A DNA stretch of 32,000 nucleotides from Cylindrospermopsis raciborskii Cr2010 (GCF_003367075.2 NZ_CP065936.1:1080001-1112000); one strand, 5' to 3'; shown: positions 19,743 through 28,127, counted from the first letter of the stretch. A program made the numbers and translations. Notes: generated from the letters alone by a model not told the origin.

Positions 19743-20528
19743 ATGTTAGAAAAAATCAATGTTGGTGATCAAGATATTCTGTATCACCTAAAAATATCTT
19801 GTCAAATGCCCAACATATTAGATGCGATCGCCAGTAGGAAAATAGTGACACAGACAGCGATGAAAGAAGATATTCAGATAACCACAGCGGAACTACAGCA
19901 AGCAGCGGACAATCTGAGATTAGCCAATAACCTAGTCAAAGCAGAAGACACCTGGGCCTGGTTAAAGAAACACTATTTATCCCTAGATAACTTTGAAGAA
20001 ATTGCCTACACCAACCTACTATCTGCCAAATTGGCTAATCATTTATTTGCAGACCAAGTGGAATCATTTTTTTATGCTCATCAACTGGAATACATTGCAG
20101 CAGCAATTTATGAAGTCATATTAGATGATGAAGATTTAGCCCTAGAAATATTTTATGCCCTGCAGGAAGGGGAAATTAGCTTTCATGAAGTAGCTCGTCA
20201 ATATATTCAAAATCCAGAACTCCGTAGAGCAGGGGGATATCAAGGTATGCGTGAGCGAAAAGATTTCAGACCAGAAATTGCTGCGGCCATTTTTGCTGCT
20301 AATCCTCCACAAATCCTCAAACCCATCACCACACCTCAAGGAGTGCGTATCATCATGGTAGAAGAGATTATTCAACCCCAGTTGAATGAACAGATACGTC
20401 TGAGAATTATAGGAGATTTATTTACAAATTGGTTGAGACAACAAATAAGTACCCTAGAAATCGAAGTTAATTTAGGAGCTAAATACAATCTACCTCTGTC
20501 TCCACTTATCATCACTCAGACTAGTTAA
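19743..20528 (+). CDS. PpiC/SurA-like peptidylprolyl isomerase of the export operon
   Basis: 261 aa; IAYTNLLSAKLANHLFADQVESFF...DLALEIFYALQEGEISFHEVARQYIQNPELRRAGGYQGMRERKDFRPEIAAAIFAANPPQILKPITTPQGVRIIMVEEI, a rotamase-type domain. Confidence 0.85.
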   Translation: MLEKINVGDQDILYHLKISCQMPNILDAIASRKIVTQTAMKEDIQITTAELQQAADNLRLANNLVKAEDTWAWLKKHYLSLDNFEEIAYTNLLSAKLANHLFADQVESFFYAHQLEYIAAAIYEVILDDEDLALEIFYALQEGEISFHEVARQYIQNPELRRAGGYQGMRERKDFRPEIAAAIFAANPPQILKPITTPQGVRIIMVEEIIQPQLNEQIRLRIIGDLFTNWLRQQISTLEIEVNLGAKYNLPLSPLIITQTS

Positions 20529-20550
20529 AATGTACTAACATATCCACAGA

Positions 20551-20580
20551 GTTTCAACCTTCCCATGCGGGGATGGAGAA
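20551..20580 (+). repeat. 30-nt direct repeat copy 1, CRISPR-repeat-like
   Basis: gtttcaaccttcccatgcggggatggagaa; 28/30 identical to copy 2. Confidence 0.6.
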
Positions 20581-20581
20581 C

Positions 20582-20667
20582 GTAGGTTGGGTTGAAGTAT
20601 GAAACCCAACACCCAGATGGGTCTCGTTACTCGACCCATCCTACAAATAATTGTGTCTCCCTACTTA
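20582..20667 (+). repeat. REP/BIME-like element B: inverted pair of GTAG-headed palindromes plus conserved tail
   Basis: GTAG-GTTGGGTT-loop-AAACCCAAC followed by the reverse complement of GTAG-GATGGGT-cgagtaacgag-ACCCATC (20616-20644), then the 31-nt tail (20637-20667) matching element A at 30/31. Confidence 0.85.
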
Positions 20668-20675
20668 ACACCAAA

Positions 20676-20705
20676 GTTTCAACCTCCCCATCCGGGGATG
20701 GAGAA
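20676..20705 (+). repeat. 30-nt direct repeat copy 2, CRISPR-repeat-like
   Basis: gtttcaacctccccatccggggatggagaa; followed by gttgagaaac, an imperfect mirror of its own GTTTCAAC head. Confidence 0.6.
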
Positions 20706-20729
20706 GTTGAGAAACCAACAAACTCAAGT

Positions 20730-23700
20730 TTAAGAAAGAGCAAAAACCGCATCATTGAAATCATTGTTGGAATATTGGGTAGCGGTAGCGGGTAAATCCT
20801 CAAATCCATAGACTCCATTACCATAGGAACGGAGATGGGGAGATTTATCGGGATTAGCTGACCCAAAGCTAAAATAGGCTACAGGTTCCTGTACGAATCT
20901 AGGTGCATTATTGAACTCATTATCTACTTCCGTAGCAACAAGGTCTCGCACATGTTTAGGTGCATTGGCAAACCGGTTTACGTCTCCGTTTTCAGCAGCG
21001 ACGAAATCTTCTACTCCCTGTTGTAAATTGGGGAAGTAAGTTCCACAGTTAGCAATCACAAAAGGAGCATAAAACTTATTACCTTGAAGTGACACACCAG
21101 ACCCTAATTGTGTAGCGGTGCTGGGAATATCGCTATTACCTGCTTGTACTATGAAGTCCTTGACTCTAGCAGTGGTGAGAGCATAAAACGCATAATCGCT
21201 ATCTCCCGGTTTTAAGACCCCTTTCTCAGTATTAATTTCTCCTTGAGCATTCAAGACCTCGTATAGTCCAAATAAGTGGTTAAAATTGGACTTTGTTCCA
21301 TTTTGGACACCGGTAACTTCATTAGACATGGATAGTCTATTTGTGTCTAAAGACAGATTTCCTCCCCCATTGGTGCTGAAAACCAAACCCGTGGATATAT
21401 TCACGTTGGGTGCGTAATCAATAATAGGGGTGAGGGTGCGATCGTCATTGGTAATTGTTCCTGTGACTACACTGGTGGTGTCAATGTTGTAACCAGTGCC
21501 AGGAGCCAAAGTTAACTCCACTGTTTCATCCCCTTCTACTGTGGTGTCAGCTATGGGGTCAATAGTAACTGTAGCGGTGGATGACCCAGCAGCAAAAGTG
21601 ACAGTCTTTGTGGTTCCTGCACTGATAATCCCTGTGTAATCCGTGTCTAGGGTAGCTGTTCCCCCAATGGTGTAGTTTACAGCTAGAGTGTTAGTGATGG
21701 AACCAGTGCGGGTGAAGGTGTAGATTAGGTTATTATTTCCATCTTCTGTAACGGTGGTAGGGGAGACAGCTAGGTTGACCTGGGTGACTTGGGTATCATC
21801 ATTGATAATAACACCACTGGCAATATAGTTCAAAGAACTTATTCCTCCACTATAATCCACGCTGTAGTCCCAAGCTGTTCCTTGAACATTACCAGTAATT
21901 ATCACTTTGACCTGGTCTCCAGCTTTTAATTTGACTGAATTCAGGTCTAAAGATCCCTCTCCAGAGACAAATCCATTAGTTTGGTTTTGCAACACATTAT
22001 TGACAAGTATCTCCGCTTTATCTGGAATAGCGTACATATTATAGTTCAGCTTAAAGATACCATCTCCTGATGAAATATTGTAAAACTTCTCGGTTACCCC
22101 ATAACCACCTGAAGCTGACTCTCGGATATTAGTTCCGACAGAGGATGTACCCAAAACTGCTCCTATGGGGTTGGAGAGGGTAACTGTAAACCCTTCATCC
22201 GGTTCAAATGTGGTGTCTCCTGACACGTTCACTGTGATGATTTGACTGGTTTCACCTGCTGCAAAACTGACCATACCACTTGGTAGTGTTCCACCAAAAT
22301 CCGTAACATCTGCTTGGTTAGTGCTAGACCCTGTTACTGCCCAATTAGCACTGCTACTGCCAGTAGTATCTCCACTGCGGGTAACAGTAAAAGTAAAGGC
22401 TTTTGTACCTAAGTTCCCTTCCGTTTGAATGGCATTGGTAGGGGCGATCGCCAGTCCAGGAGCAACAACAACATCATCGTTTTGGATAGTTCCTACAGCA
22501 GTAGCAGTGGTAATGGTAGCATTGGTCGGGTTGGAGAGGGTAACTGTAAACCCTTCATCTGGTTCAACAGTGGTGTCTCCTAACACATCTACTATGATAG
22601 TTTTACTAGTTTCACCTGCTGTAAAATTCACTGTACCAGTTGGCAGGGTTCCACCAAAATCCGTGACATCTGCTGGGTTAGTGCCAGACCCGGTTACTGC
22701 CCAATTAGCACTGCTACTGCCAGTAGTATCTCCACTGCGGGTAACAGTAAAAGTAAAGGCTTTTGTGCCTATATTTCCTTCCGTTTGAATGGCATTGGTA
22801 GGGGCGATCGCCAGTCCAGGAGCAACAACAACATCATCGTTTTGGATAGTTCCTACAGCAGTAGCAGTGGTAATGGTAGCATTGGTCGGGTTGGAGAGGG
22901 TAACTGTAAACCCTTCATCCGGTTCAACAGTGGTGTCTCCTAACACATCTACTATGATAGTTTTACTAGTTTCACCTGCTGTAAAATTCACTGTACCAGT
23001 TGGCAGGGTTCCACCAAAATCCGTGACATCTGCTTGGTTAGTGCCAAATCCAGTAACTGCCCAATTAGCACTGCTGCTACTAGTGGTATCTCCACTGCGG
23101 GTAACAGTAAAGGGAAAAGCTTTTGTACCTGAGTTCCCTTCCGTTTGAGTGGCGCCGGTAGATGCGATCGCCAGTCCAGGAGCAACAACAACATCATCGT
23201 TTTGGATAGTTCCTACAGCAGTTGCAGTGGTAATAGTTGCCCCACCAGTGGCATTAGAGAGGGTAACCGTAAAGACATCCACGCTGGGGAAATCACCATC
23301 CACTTCAGGGGTAGTGTCTCCTTGCACATTCACTGTGATCACTTTACTAGTTTCATTTCCTACAAAGTTAACTCTTCCCGAGGGAAAAACACCTCCCACA
23401 AAGTCATCCCCAATAGCGGATTCCATCCCATCTATAACAGCTGTAAGTACGGGACTTTGTACTGTATAATCAACACTGACTGGAGTTAAGATATAGCCAC
23501 TCCGGTTGACAATAAATGTGAATGCCTTGCTACCACTATCTCCCTCAGGTTGGTTAGCATTTTCAGGAGCGATCGCCAATGTGGGAACATCATCTTCTAA
23601 CTTAGTGATAAAGACATCAAAAGATCCACTATTATTTTGTCCATCCAGGTTGCTATCAGTTATCCCACCTAAATAGATCGAGCCATCTTTTCCCGTGGTT

Positions 23701-25313
23701 AGGGTGGTTGGATAATTACTACCAGTCAACAAGGGGGGACTTTTCCAGATTTGATCACCGTTCGTACTGTACTTGGTGATAAAGCTCTCAGATGCTTGAA
23801 ATCCAAGGTAAGAATTAGGGTCAAGCTGGATATCTGGAGAAACCCCCAGATAAATGGAGTTATCATTCCCAATGCTTAAAGATCCTAGATCATCTCCACT
23901 AGTACCTATTAGCTTTGTCCAAACTTTACTTCCATCTGAACTGTACTTGCTAATAAATACATCTGATAAACCGCTATTAGGTTGCCCATCTAAATTTCCA
24001 CCGCTCGTACCACTAACATAGATAAATCCGCTACTATCTGTAGCTAACCCCGATGGTGTTTCATCTTCAATTGTTCCTAATACCCTCGTCCAAATCCGGT
24101 TGCCATTTGGATCATATTTACTGACAAATACATCTGTCGCTCCATTGTAGTTTTCTCCATCCAATTTCCACTCAGTATAACCTGTGACATAAATTGATTG
24201 GTCACTGCCGACAGTTAAAGCAATAGCCTCTTCATTACCACTAAGTGTTCCTAGTAACTTTGTCCAAATCTTAGTACCACTTGAGTCATATTTACTAACA
24301 AAAGCATCGGAAAGTAACTGACCACCTACACTAGTTTGGGTTGGGTCAATAGTGCTTCCTGAGATATATATGGAACTATCACTGCCAGCAACCACTGCAT
24401 AGGCAATATTTAGACTACCAGTATTTATATCTACCAACTGGGTCCAAACTTCATTGCCATCTGGATCATATTTTCTAATAAACGCTCCCAAACCGGTGCT
24501 ATTCTGACCACCAAGGTTCCCTCCTGTAACCCCAGCTACATAGATAAATCCATCACCAGATATGGTTACTGCATCAGCAATGTCACCTGCAACAGTACCA
24601 AATTGTTTTTTCCAAACATTTGTGCCATTGTCGTCGTATTTGGCAATAAAAGCGTCTTGAAGTCCCCTATTGCTTCCATCCAGATTGCCCTCCGTGAAAC
24701 CAACTATGTAGAGGGATCCGTCAGTTCCCACAGTTAAGTCCACACCAAAATCAATACCGCTGGTTCCTAATAAACGTGTCCAAGCTACTACGGGCAAGAT
24801 TGAACCATTCTTTTCTACTTCTACTGTTTTGCCATCAATGGTTACTGATGCTAGATCTTCTTCTGCTTTTAACCGACTAATCTCATCCTTATTTAATCCT
24901 TCACCCTGCACCAATGCAGCAAAAATCGCCCCTTCATCTCCGGGACTATCCACTGTATTAATATAAGCATCTACATAATGCCCTATTTCTTCTATAAGCA
25001 CCTTGCTAACTAAACCTAAAGTGCCCTTCTCTATTAACTTGCTAGACAGATAAATCCTATTCTCACTTGACGAGTAGGCACCATTACCATCGCCTAGAAT
25101 ACCGCCATCTACAATCTCCATTTGCGGTAACTGACTAAAATCCCCTTTTTGCCACTGTAACCTCAGTATTTGGGCATTTTCTCTGTTATATTCCGTACCA
25201 AACGCCGTATCCAACACTTGCCAAAAGTCACCTGACAAAGAAAAAACCCACAGCTGGTGCAATGCACTATTTAAGCCCTGATTAGTTATTTTCGCCACGA
25301 CCAAAAACCTCAC
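20730..25313 (-). CDS. Giant secreted-type protein: degenerate N-terminal domain, 7 SBBP repeats, Calx-beta repeats, C-terminal DUF4114-like domain
   Basis: SBBP-type blades (e.g. TRLLGTSGIDFG...LDGSNRGLQDAFIAKYD), several Calx-beta units ending ATAVGTIQNDD / TGTITNDD, C-terminal FGLYEVLNAQGEIN...YSNNDFNDAVFAL. The automatic ORF extends to 25421 inside the IS; the native start is probably GTG at 25313-25311 (VRFLVVAKITNQ). Confidence 0.88.
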   Translation of the reverse strand: MRFLVVAKITNQGLNSALHQLWVFSLSGDFWQVLDTAFGTEYNRENAQILRLQWQKGDFSQLPQMEIVDGGILGDGNGAYSSSENRIYLSSKLIEKGTLGLVSKVLIEEIGHYVDAYINTVDSPGDEGAIFAALVQGEGLNKDEISRLKAEEDLASVTIDGKTVEVEKNGSILPVVAWTRLLGTSGIDFGVDLTVGTDGSLYIVGFTEGNLDGSNRGLQDAFIAKYDDNGTNVWKKQFGTVAGDIADAVTISGDGFIYVAGVTGGNLGGQNSTGLGAFIRKYDPDGNEVWTQLVDINTGSLNIAYAVVAGSDSSIYISGSTIDPTQTSVGGQLLSDAFVSKYDSSGTKIWTKLLGTLSGNEEAIALTVGSDQSIYVTGYTEWKLDGENYNGATDVFVSKYDPNGNRIWTRVLGTIEDETPSGLATDSSGFIYVSGTSGGNLDGQPNSGLSDVFISKYSSDGSKVWTKLIGTSGDDLGSLSIGNDNSIYLGVSPDIQLDPNSYLGFQASESFITKYSTNGDQIWKSPPLLTGSNYPTTLTTGKDGSIYLGGITDSNLDGQNNSGSFDVFITKLEDDVPTLAIAPENANQPEGDSGSKAFTFIVNRSGYILTPVSVDYTVQSPVLTAVIDGMESAIGDDFVGGVFPSGRVNFVGNETSKVITVNVQGDTTPEVDGDFPSVDVFTVTLSNATGGATITTATAVGTIQNDDVVVAPGLAIASTGATQTEGNSGTKAFPFTVTRSGDTTSSSSANWAVTGFGTNQADVTDFGGTLPTGTVNFTAGETSKTIIVDVLGDTTVEPDEGFTVTLSNPTNATITTATAVGTIQNDDVVVAPGLAIAPTNAIQTEGNIGTKAFTFTVTRSGDTTGSSSANWAVTGSGTNPADVTDFGGTLPTGTVNFTAGETSKTIIVDVLGDTTVEPDEGFTVTLSNPTNATITTATAVGTIQNDDVVVAPGLAIAPTNAIQTEGNLGTKAFTFTVTRSGDTTGSSSANWAVTGSSTNQADVTDFGGTLPSGMVSFAAGETSQIITVNVSGDTTFEPDEGFTVTLSNPIGAVLGTSSVGTNIRESASGGYGVTEKFYNISSGDGIFKLNYNMYAIPDKAEILVNNVLQNQTNGFVSGEGSLDLNSVKLKAGDQVKVIITGNVQGTAWDYSVDYSGGISSLNYIASGVIINDDTQVTQVNLAVSPTTVTEDGNNNLIYTFTRTGSITNTLAVNYTIGGTATLDTDYTGIISAGTTKTVTFAAGSSTATVTIDPIADTTVEGDETVELTLAPGTGYNIDTTSVVTGTITNDDRTLTPIIDYAPNVNISTGLVFSTNGGGNLSLDTNRLSMSNEVTGVQNGTKSNFNHLFGLYEVLNAQGEINTEKGVLKPGDSDYAFYALTTARVKDFIVQAGNSDIPSTATQLGSGVSLQGNKFYAPFVIANCGTYFPNLQQGVEDFVAAENGDVNRFANAPKHVRDLVATEVDNEFNNAPRFVQEPVAYFSFGSANPDKSPHLRSYGNGVYGFEDLPATATQYSNNDFNDAVFALS
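22429..23148 (-). repeat. Tandem 360-bp near-identical Calx-beta coding repeats
   Basis: 22429-22788 and 22789-23148 are close copies; their antisense ORFs encode near-identical 119-aa strings. A third, more diverged neighbour lies downstream in the gene at about 22070-22428. Confidence 0.93.
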
Positions 25314-25393
25314 ACAATTGTTTTTAAAAATAGAGCTGTTGGGAAATAAAAGCATATTTCCGGATGACAGAACTTCCCCCATCCCGATTGAAT

Positions 25394-26005
25394 TTATGCT
25401 GCATCTAAATAGAAGTTCCATAGCCCTGCACTGACCAACATCAATTGATCATCAAAATCGGTCACACGATTCCTATATACAGAATGTACACAGTTATATC
25501 TCTTAATTCCAGAGTGAGCGTGCTCACACACAACTCGCTGACGACTGAGTTCTCGATTCTCCTCCTTTTGCTGCTGTGTTAACTCCTTACCTTTCGGTTT
25601 CTTGTGTGGTAAATGGACATTGACAAATTCTTTCTCCAACCCATGAAAACCCAAATCTCCCTCTATTGCTACTTCATCAGGAATGTATTGCACTATCTCT
25701 GATTCATGGAGTAGCCGTTTGTCATGCACTTTACCTGCTCTGGTTTTCGTCAGAATAATCACTCGTTTCTCCCTTGTGCTGACTGTAATCTGCTTGCATG
25801 TATGCCGCTTTTTCTTGCCAGAGTAATACTCTTTTTGGCGTTCTCGGTTTTGAGGACGCTGGACTGGACGCTCCGTACCATCCACAATCACCTCCTTCAC
25901 ATCTGGAAACCTTTTGGTGAATTCCTGCTCCTGAGTTTGCGTGCTGGCAAAACTTGCTTTTCTCCTAAAGTGGTTTCTAGCACAGACAGTAGTCGATGTA
26001 CCCAA
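25394..26005 (-). CDS. IS5-like transposase, C-terminal DDE (DDE_Tnp_4-like) ORF, in the -1 frame relative to ORF1
   Basis: VIVDGTERPVQRPQNRERQKEYYSGKKKRHTCKQ... IEGDLGFHGLEK...RVVCEHAHSGIKRY; coding similarity begins around EFTKRFPDV. Confidence 0.85.
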   Translation of the reverse strand: MGTSTTVCARNHFRRKASFASTQTQEQEFTKRFPDVKEVIVDGTERPVQRPQNRERQKEYYSGKKKRHTCKQITVSTREKRVIILTKTRAGKVHDKRLLHESEIVQYIPDEVAIEGDLGFHGLEKEFVNVHLPHKKPKGKELTQQQKEENRELSRQRVVCEHAHSGIKRYNCVHSVYRNRVTDFDDQLMLVSAGLWNFYLDAA

Positions 26006-26298
26006 TCATGAGCACAGGAGCGGTCAAAGTTGAACAACACACTCAGCAAGTCAAACGTCGGATAACATTTGCAGTACAGCAGGATATAAAATAGTTTTTC
26101 CTCTATACTTCTGAGTGTAGGCTTGCGTCCGCCCCCGGGCGCACGTTTGCGGTTTGCTAAGGAGTTGAACACGGTGCGTTCATAGGTATCAGCAAACTGA
26201 GATAACAGCTCGTTGAATGCTTGGCGGTTAAGTCCAGTCATTGCTCGTAGCAGTCGCTCTTGATTCAGGACGCGGTCTAACTTCAACATTAATGTCAC
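25897..26298 (-). CDS. IS5-like transposase, N-terminal ORF
   Basis: 133 aa; AMTGLNRQAFNELLSQF...GGGRKPTLRSIEEKLFYILLYCKCYPTFDLLSVLFNFDRSCAHDWVHRLL, helix-turn-helix DUF4096-like region. Confidence 0.85.
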   Translation of the reverse strand: MTLMLKLDRVLNQERLLRAMTGLNRQAFNELLSQFADTYERTVFNSLANRKRAPGGGRKPTLRSIEEKLFYILLYCKCYPTFDLLSVLFNFDRSCAHDWVHRLLSVLETTLGEKQVLPARKLRSRNSPKGFQM

Positions 26299-26512
26299 CC
26301 TACTTGTCTGCTTGATTATTATCCCTTATTTTCCAACAACTCTAATATTTGGTTAACAGTAGCAATCCTAACAGGGATTATAACATATCTATCTCAAATA
26401 AAACAATGAGCATGTTACAAAATGTTACAAATCCCATATCCTCCGTTTGGGTTGCATCAGTTTGAAATCAGTGATTTTTTATCACGCAGCATTACATGTA
26501 ATTAATAGAGCT

Positions 26513-26541
26513 GTTGGGTTTCGTTCCTCAACCCAACCTAC
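26513..26541 (-). repeat. Solitary GTAG-headed REP-like palindrome
   Basis: Reverse complement reads GTAG-GTTGGGTT-GAGGAACGA-AACCCAAC, identical to the array hairpin. Confidence 0.88.
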
Positions 26542-26650
26542 ATTCCAAATTTAGAATTGCTGACTAAATGGCATTTCCAGTCCACCGATTGTACTATAAT
26601 TCCTATATCCTTACCAAAACCCAACTGGATGTATAAACAAAAGTTACGCC

Positions 26651-27259
26651 ATGGCTTACAGTGAGTTCACCACCCTAGATAAGGTAATAAAAACCTTTAG
26701 CTTGCAGGTAGAAGAAGACCAAAATTTGTTTTGTGAGGTCAAACCTCTCCAACCTTCAGATTATCTTCAGCAGACCCTACAGGAGTATTTGCCCTTAGCA
26801 ACTGCCATTAATACAGAAAAAGCCCGTTCCGAATTTCTCATCGCCCCAGTGTTAGCAGAGCTACGCCGTCAAACTAAACACCAAATCAGTCTGTTTTCCG
26901 GTACTGAGTTTAATGTAGATCCGGAAAGGGGTTTGGTGGGATTTTGCGATTATTTAATTAGCCATTCTAAGGAACAGTATTTTATCACAGTGCCAGTCAT
27001 CGCTGTGGTAGAAGCAAAAAATGAAAATATTAAAGGGGGATTGGGACAGTGTATTGCCGAAATGGTCGCAGCCCAGTTGTTTAATTCCCAAGGAGGGACT
27101 CCCTTGACTTATATTTATGGGGTCGTTTCTACGGGGACGGTTTGGAAGTTCTTGCGTCTGGAAAACGCGACTGTTTTTATTGATTCCCTAGAGTACTATA
27201 TTAACCAAATTGATAGAATATTAGGCATTATGATGTTACCGCTGTGTAAAGCTTACTAA
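26651..27259 (+). CDS. Conserved cyanobacterial hypothetical, possible PD-(D/E)XK nuclease-like fold
   Basis: 202 aa: EFLIAPVLAELRRQT...GTEFNVDPERGLVGFCDYLIS...VPVIAVVEAKNENIKGGLGQCIAEMVAAQLFN, i.e. D-x(n)-E-x-K pattern and a following helix. Confidence 0.75.
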   Translation: MAYSEFTTLDKVIKTFSLQVEEDQNLFCEVKPLQPSDYLQQTLQEYLPLATAINTEKARSEFLIAPVLAELRRQTKHQISLFSGTEFNVDPERGLVGFCDYLISHSKEQYFITVPVIAVVEAKNENIKGGLGQCIAEMVAAQLFNSQGGTPLTYIYGVVSTGTVWKFLRLENATVFIDSLEYYINQIDRILGIMMLPLCKAY

Positions 27260-27394
27260 AATACCCAATTAAGACCTTTTGTACGAATAACCGAGCAGAT
27301 GGGCCTTCTATCAAAATTTTGCCAGATTATTATTCATGGTACCAAATCCCCTACAATAAATATCACTGATACAGAAATTCAGGAGAGTTAAGCC

Positions 27395-27706
27395 ATGCCA
27401 ATGGCAGTTGGCGTTATCGAAACTTTAGGTTTTCCCGCAGTTTTAGCCGCAGCAGATGCTATGGTTAAGTCTGCTGCTGTCACAATCGTATACTATGGCA
27501 TTGCAGAAAGTGGAAGGTTGTTGGTTGCTGTTAGAGGACAGGTAGCAGAGGTGAAAACCGCTGTTGCAGCTGGAATAGCTTCCGAAGAAACCGTTTATGG
27601 TGGTCAGGTGATTACTCATTACATAGTCCCCAACCCACCGGAAAATGTGGAGACAATTCTACCCATCCATTTCACTTCTAAGTCCGAACCTTTTCGCATT
27701 TTTTAA
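27395..27706 (+). CDS. ccmK3: Carboxysome shell protein CcmK3 (BMC domain)
   Basis: 103 aa: [55 protein letters not shown]...HYIVPNPPENVETILPI, with the divergent CcmK3-type pore region. Confidence 0.88.
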   Translation: MPMAVGVIETLGFPAVLAAADAMVKSAAVTIVYYGIAESGRLLVAVRGQVAEVKTAVAAGIASEETVYGGQVITHYIVPNPPENVETILPIHFTSKSEPFRIF

Positions 27707-27743
27707 CTTGTACCGGTAATTTTATTTATACAGGAGATTAGTA

Positions 27744-28094
27744 ATGTCCCTACAGGCCGTTGGATCTTTAGAAACAAAGGGTTTTCCCGCAGTTTTAGCA
27801 GCAGCAGATGCTATGGTTAAAGCTGGAAGGGTAACTTTGGTCGGTTATATCCGAGTTGGTAGCGCCCGCTTTACAATCAATATTCGTGGTGATGTTTCTG
27901 AGGTGAAAACTGCCATGGCCGCTGGTGTGGAAGCAGCACAAAATGTCTATGGTGGTACTCTGGAATCCTGGGTAATTATCCCCCGTCCCCATGAAAACGT
28001 GGAAGCTGTCTTACCTATTGCTTACACAGATCAAGTCCAGCAATATCGAGACTCGGTGGAAAACCCCATTGTCCGCTCCTCCAGTGGTAGATAG
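27744..28094 (+). CDS. ccmK4: Carboxysome shell protein CcmK4 (BMC domain)
   Basis: 116 aa: [54 protein letters not shown]...[17 protein letters not shown]; paired with ccmK3. Confidence 0.92.
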   Translation: MSLQAVGSLETKGFPAVLAAADAMVKAGRVTLVGYIRVGSARFTINIRGDVSEVKTAMAAGVEAAQNVYGGTLESWVIIPRPHENVEAVLPIAYTDQVQQYRDSVENPIVRSSSGR

Positions 28095-28127
28095 TTTTTG
28101 GTAACTATCTCAACCTATCTTTTTGGA

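Larger units (their letters stand above)
25333..26342 (-). mobile_element. IS5-like insertion sequence (about 1010 bp) with imperfect TIRs and a TA flank on each side
   Basis: Left end GAGCTGTTGGGAAATAA; right end reverse complement GAGTTGTTGGAAAATAA (15/17 identical). TA at 25331-25332 and at 26343-26344. Contains both transposase ORFs. Confidence 0.8.

Noticed and set aside
20592-20866. Short ORFs on both strands (67 aa plus, 79 aa minus), including a GSGSG ending considered as a leader or core peptide for the C39 exporter
   Set aside because: They run through the REP element and the antisense of the DUF4114 C-terminus. The sequence is explained by repeats and has no convincing double-glycine leader.
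22429-23489. Plus-strand ORFs of 119, 119 and 106-114 aa beginning MALVGAIASPG / MAPVDAIASPG
   Set aside because: They are antisense to the Calx-beta repeats and owe their openness to the low-complexity, Thr/Val-rich coding strand; no RBS or independent evidence.
25724-26011. 95-aa plus-strand ORF inside the IS
   Set aside because: Antisense to the DDE transposase coding region; no support as a passenger gene.
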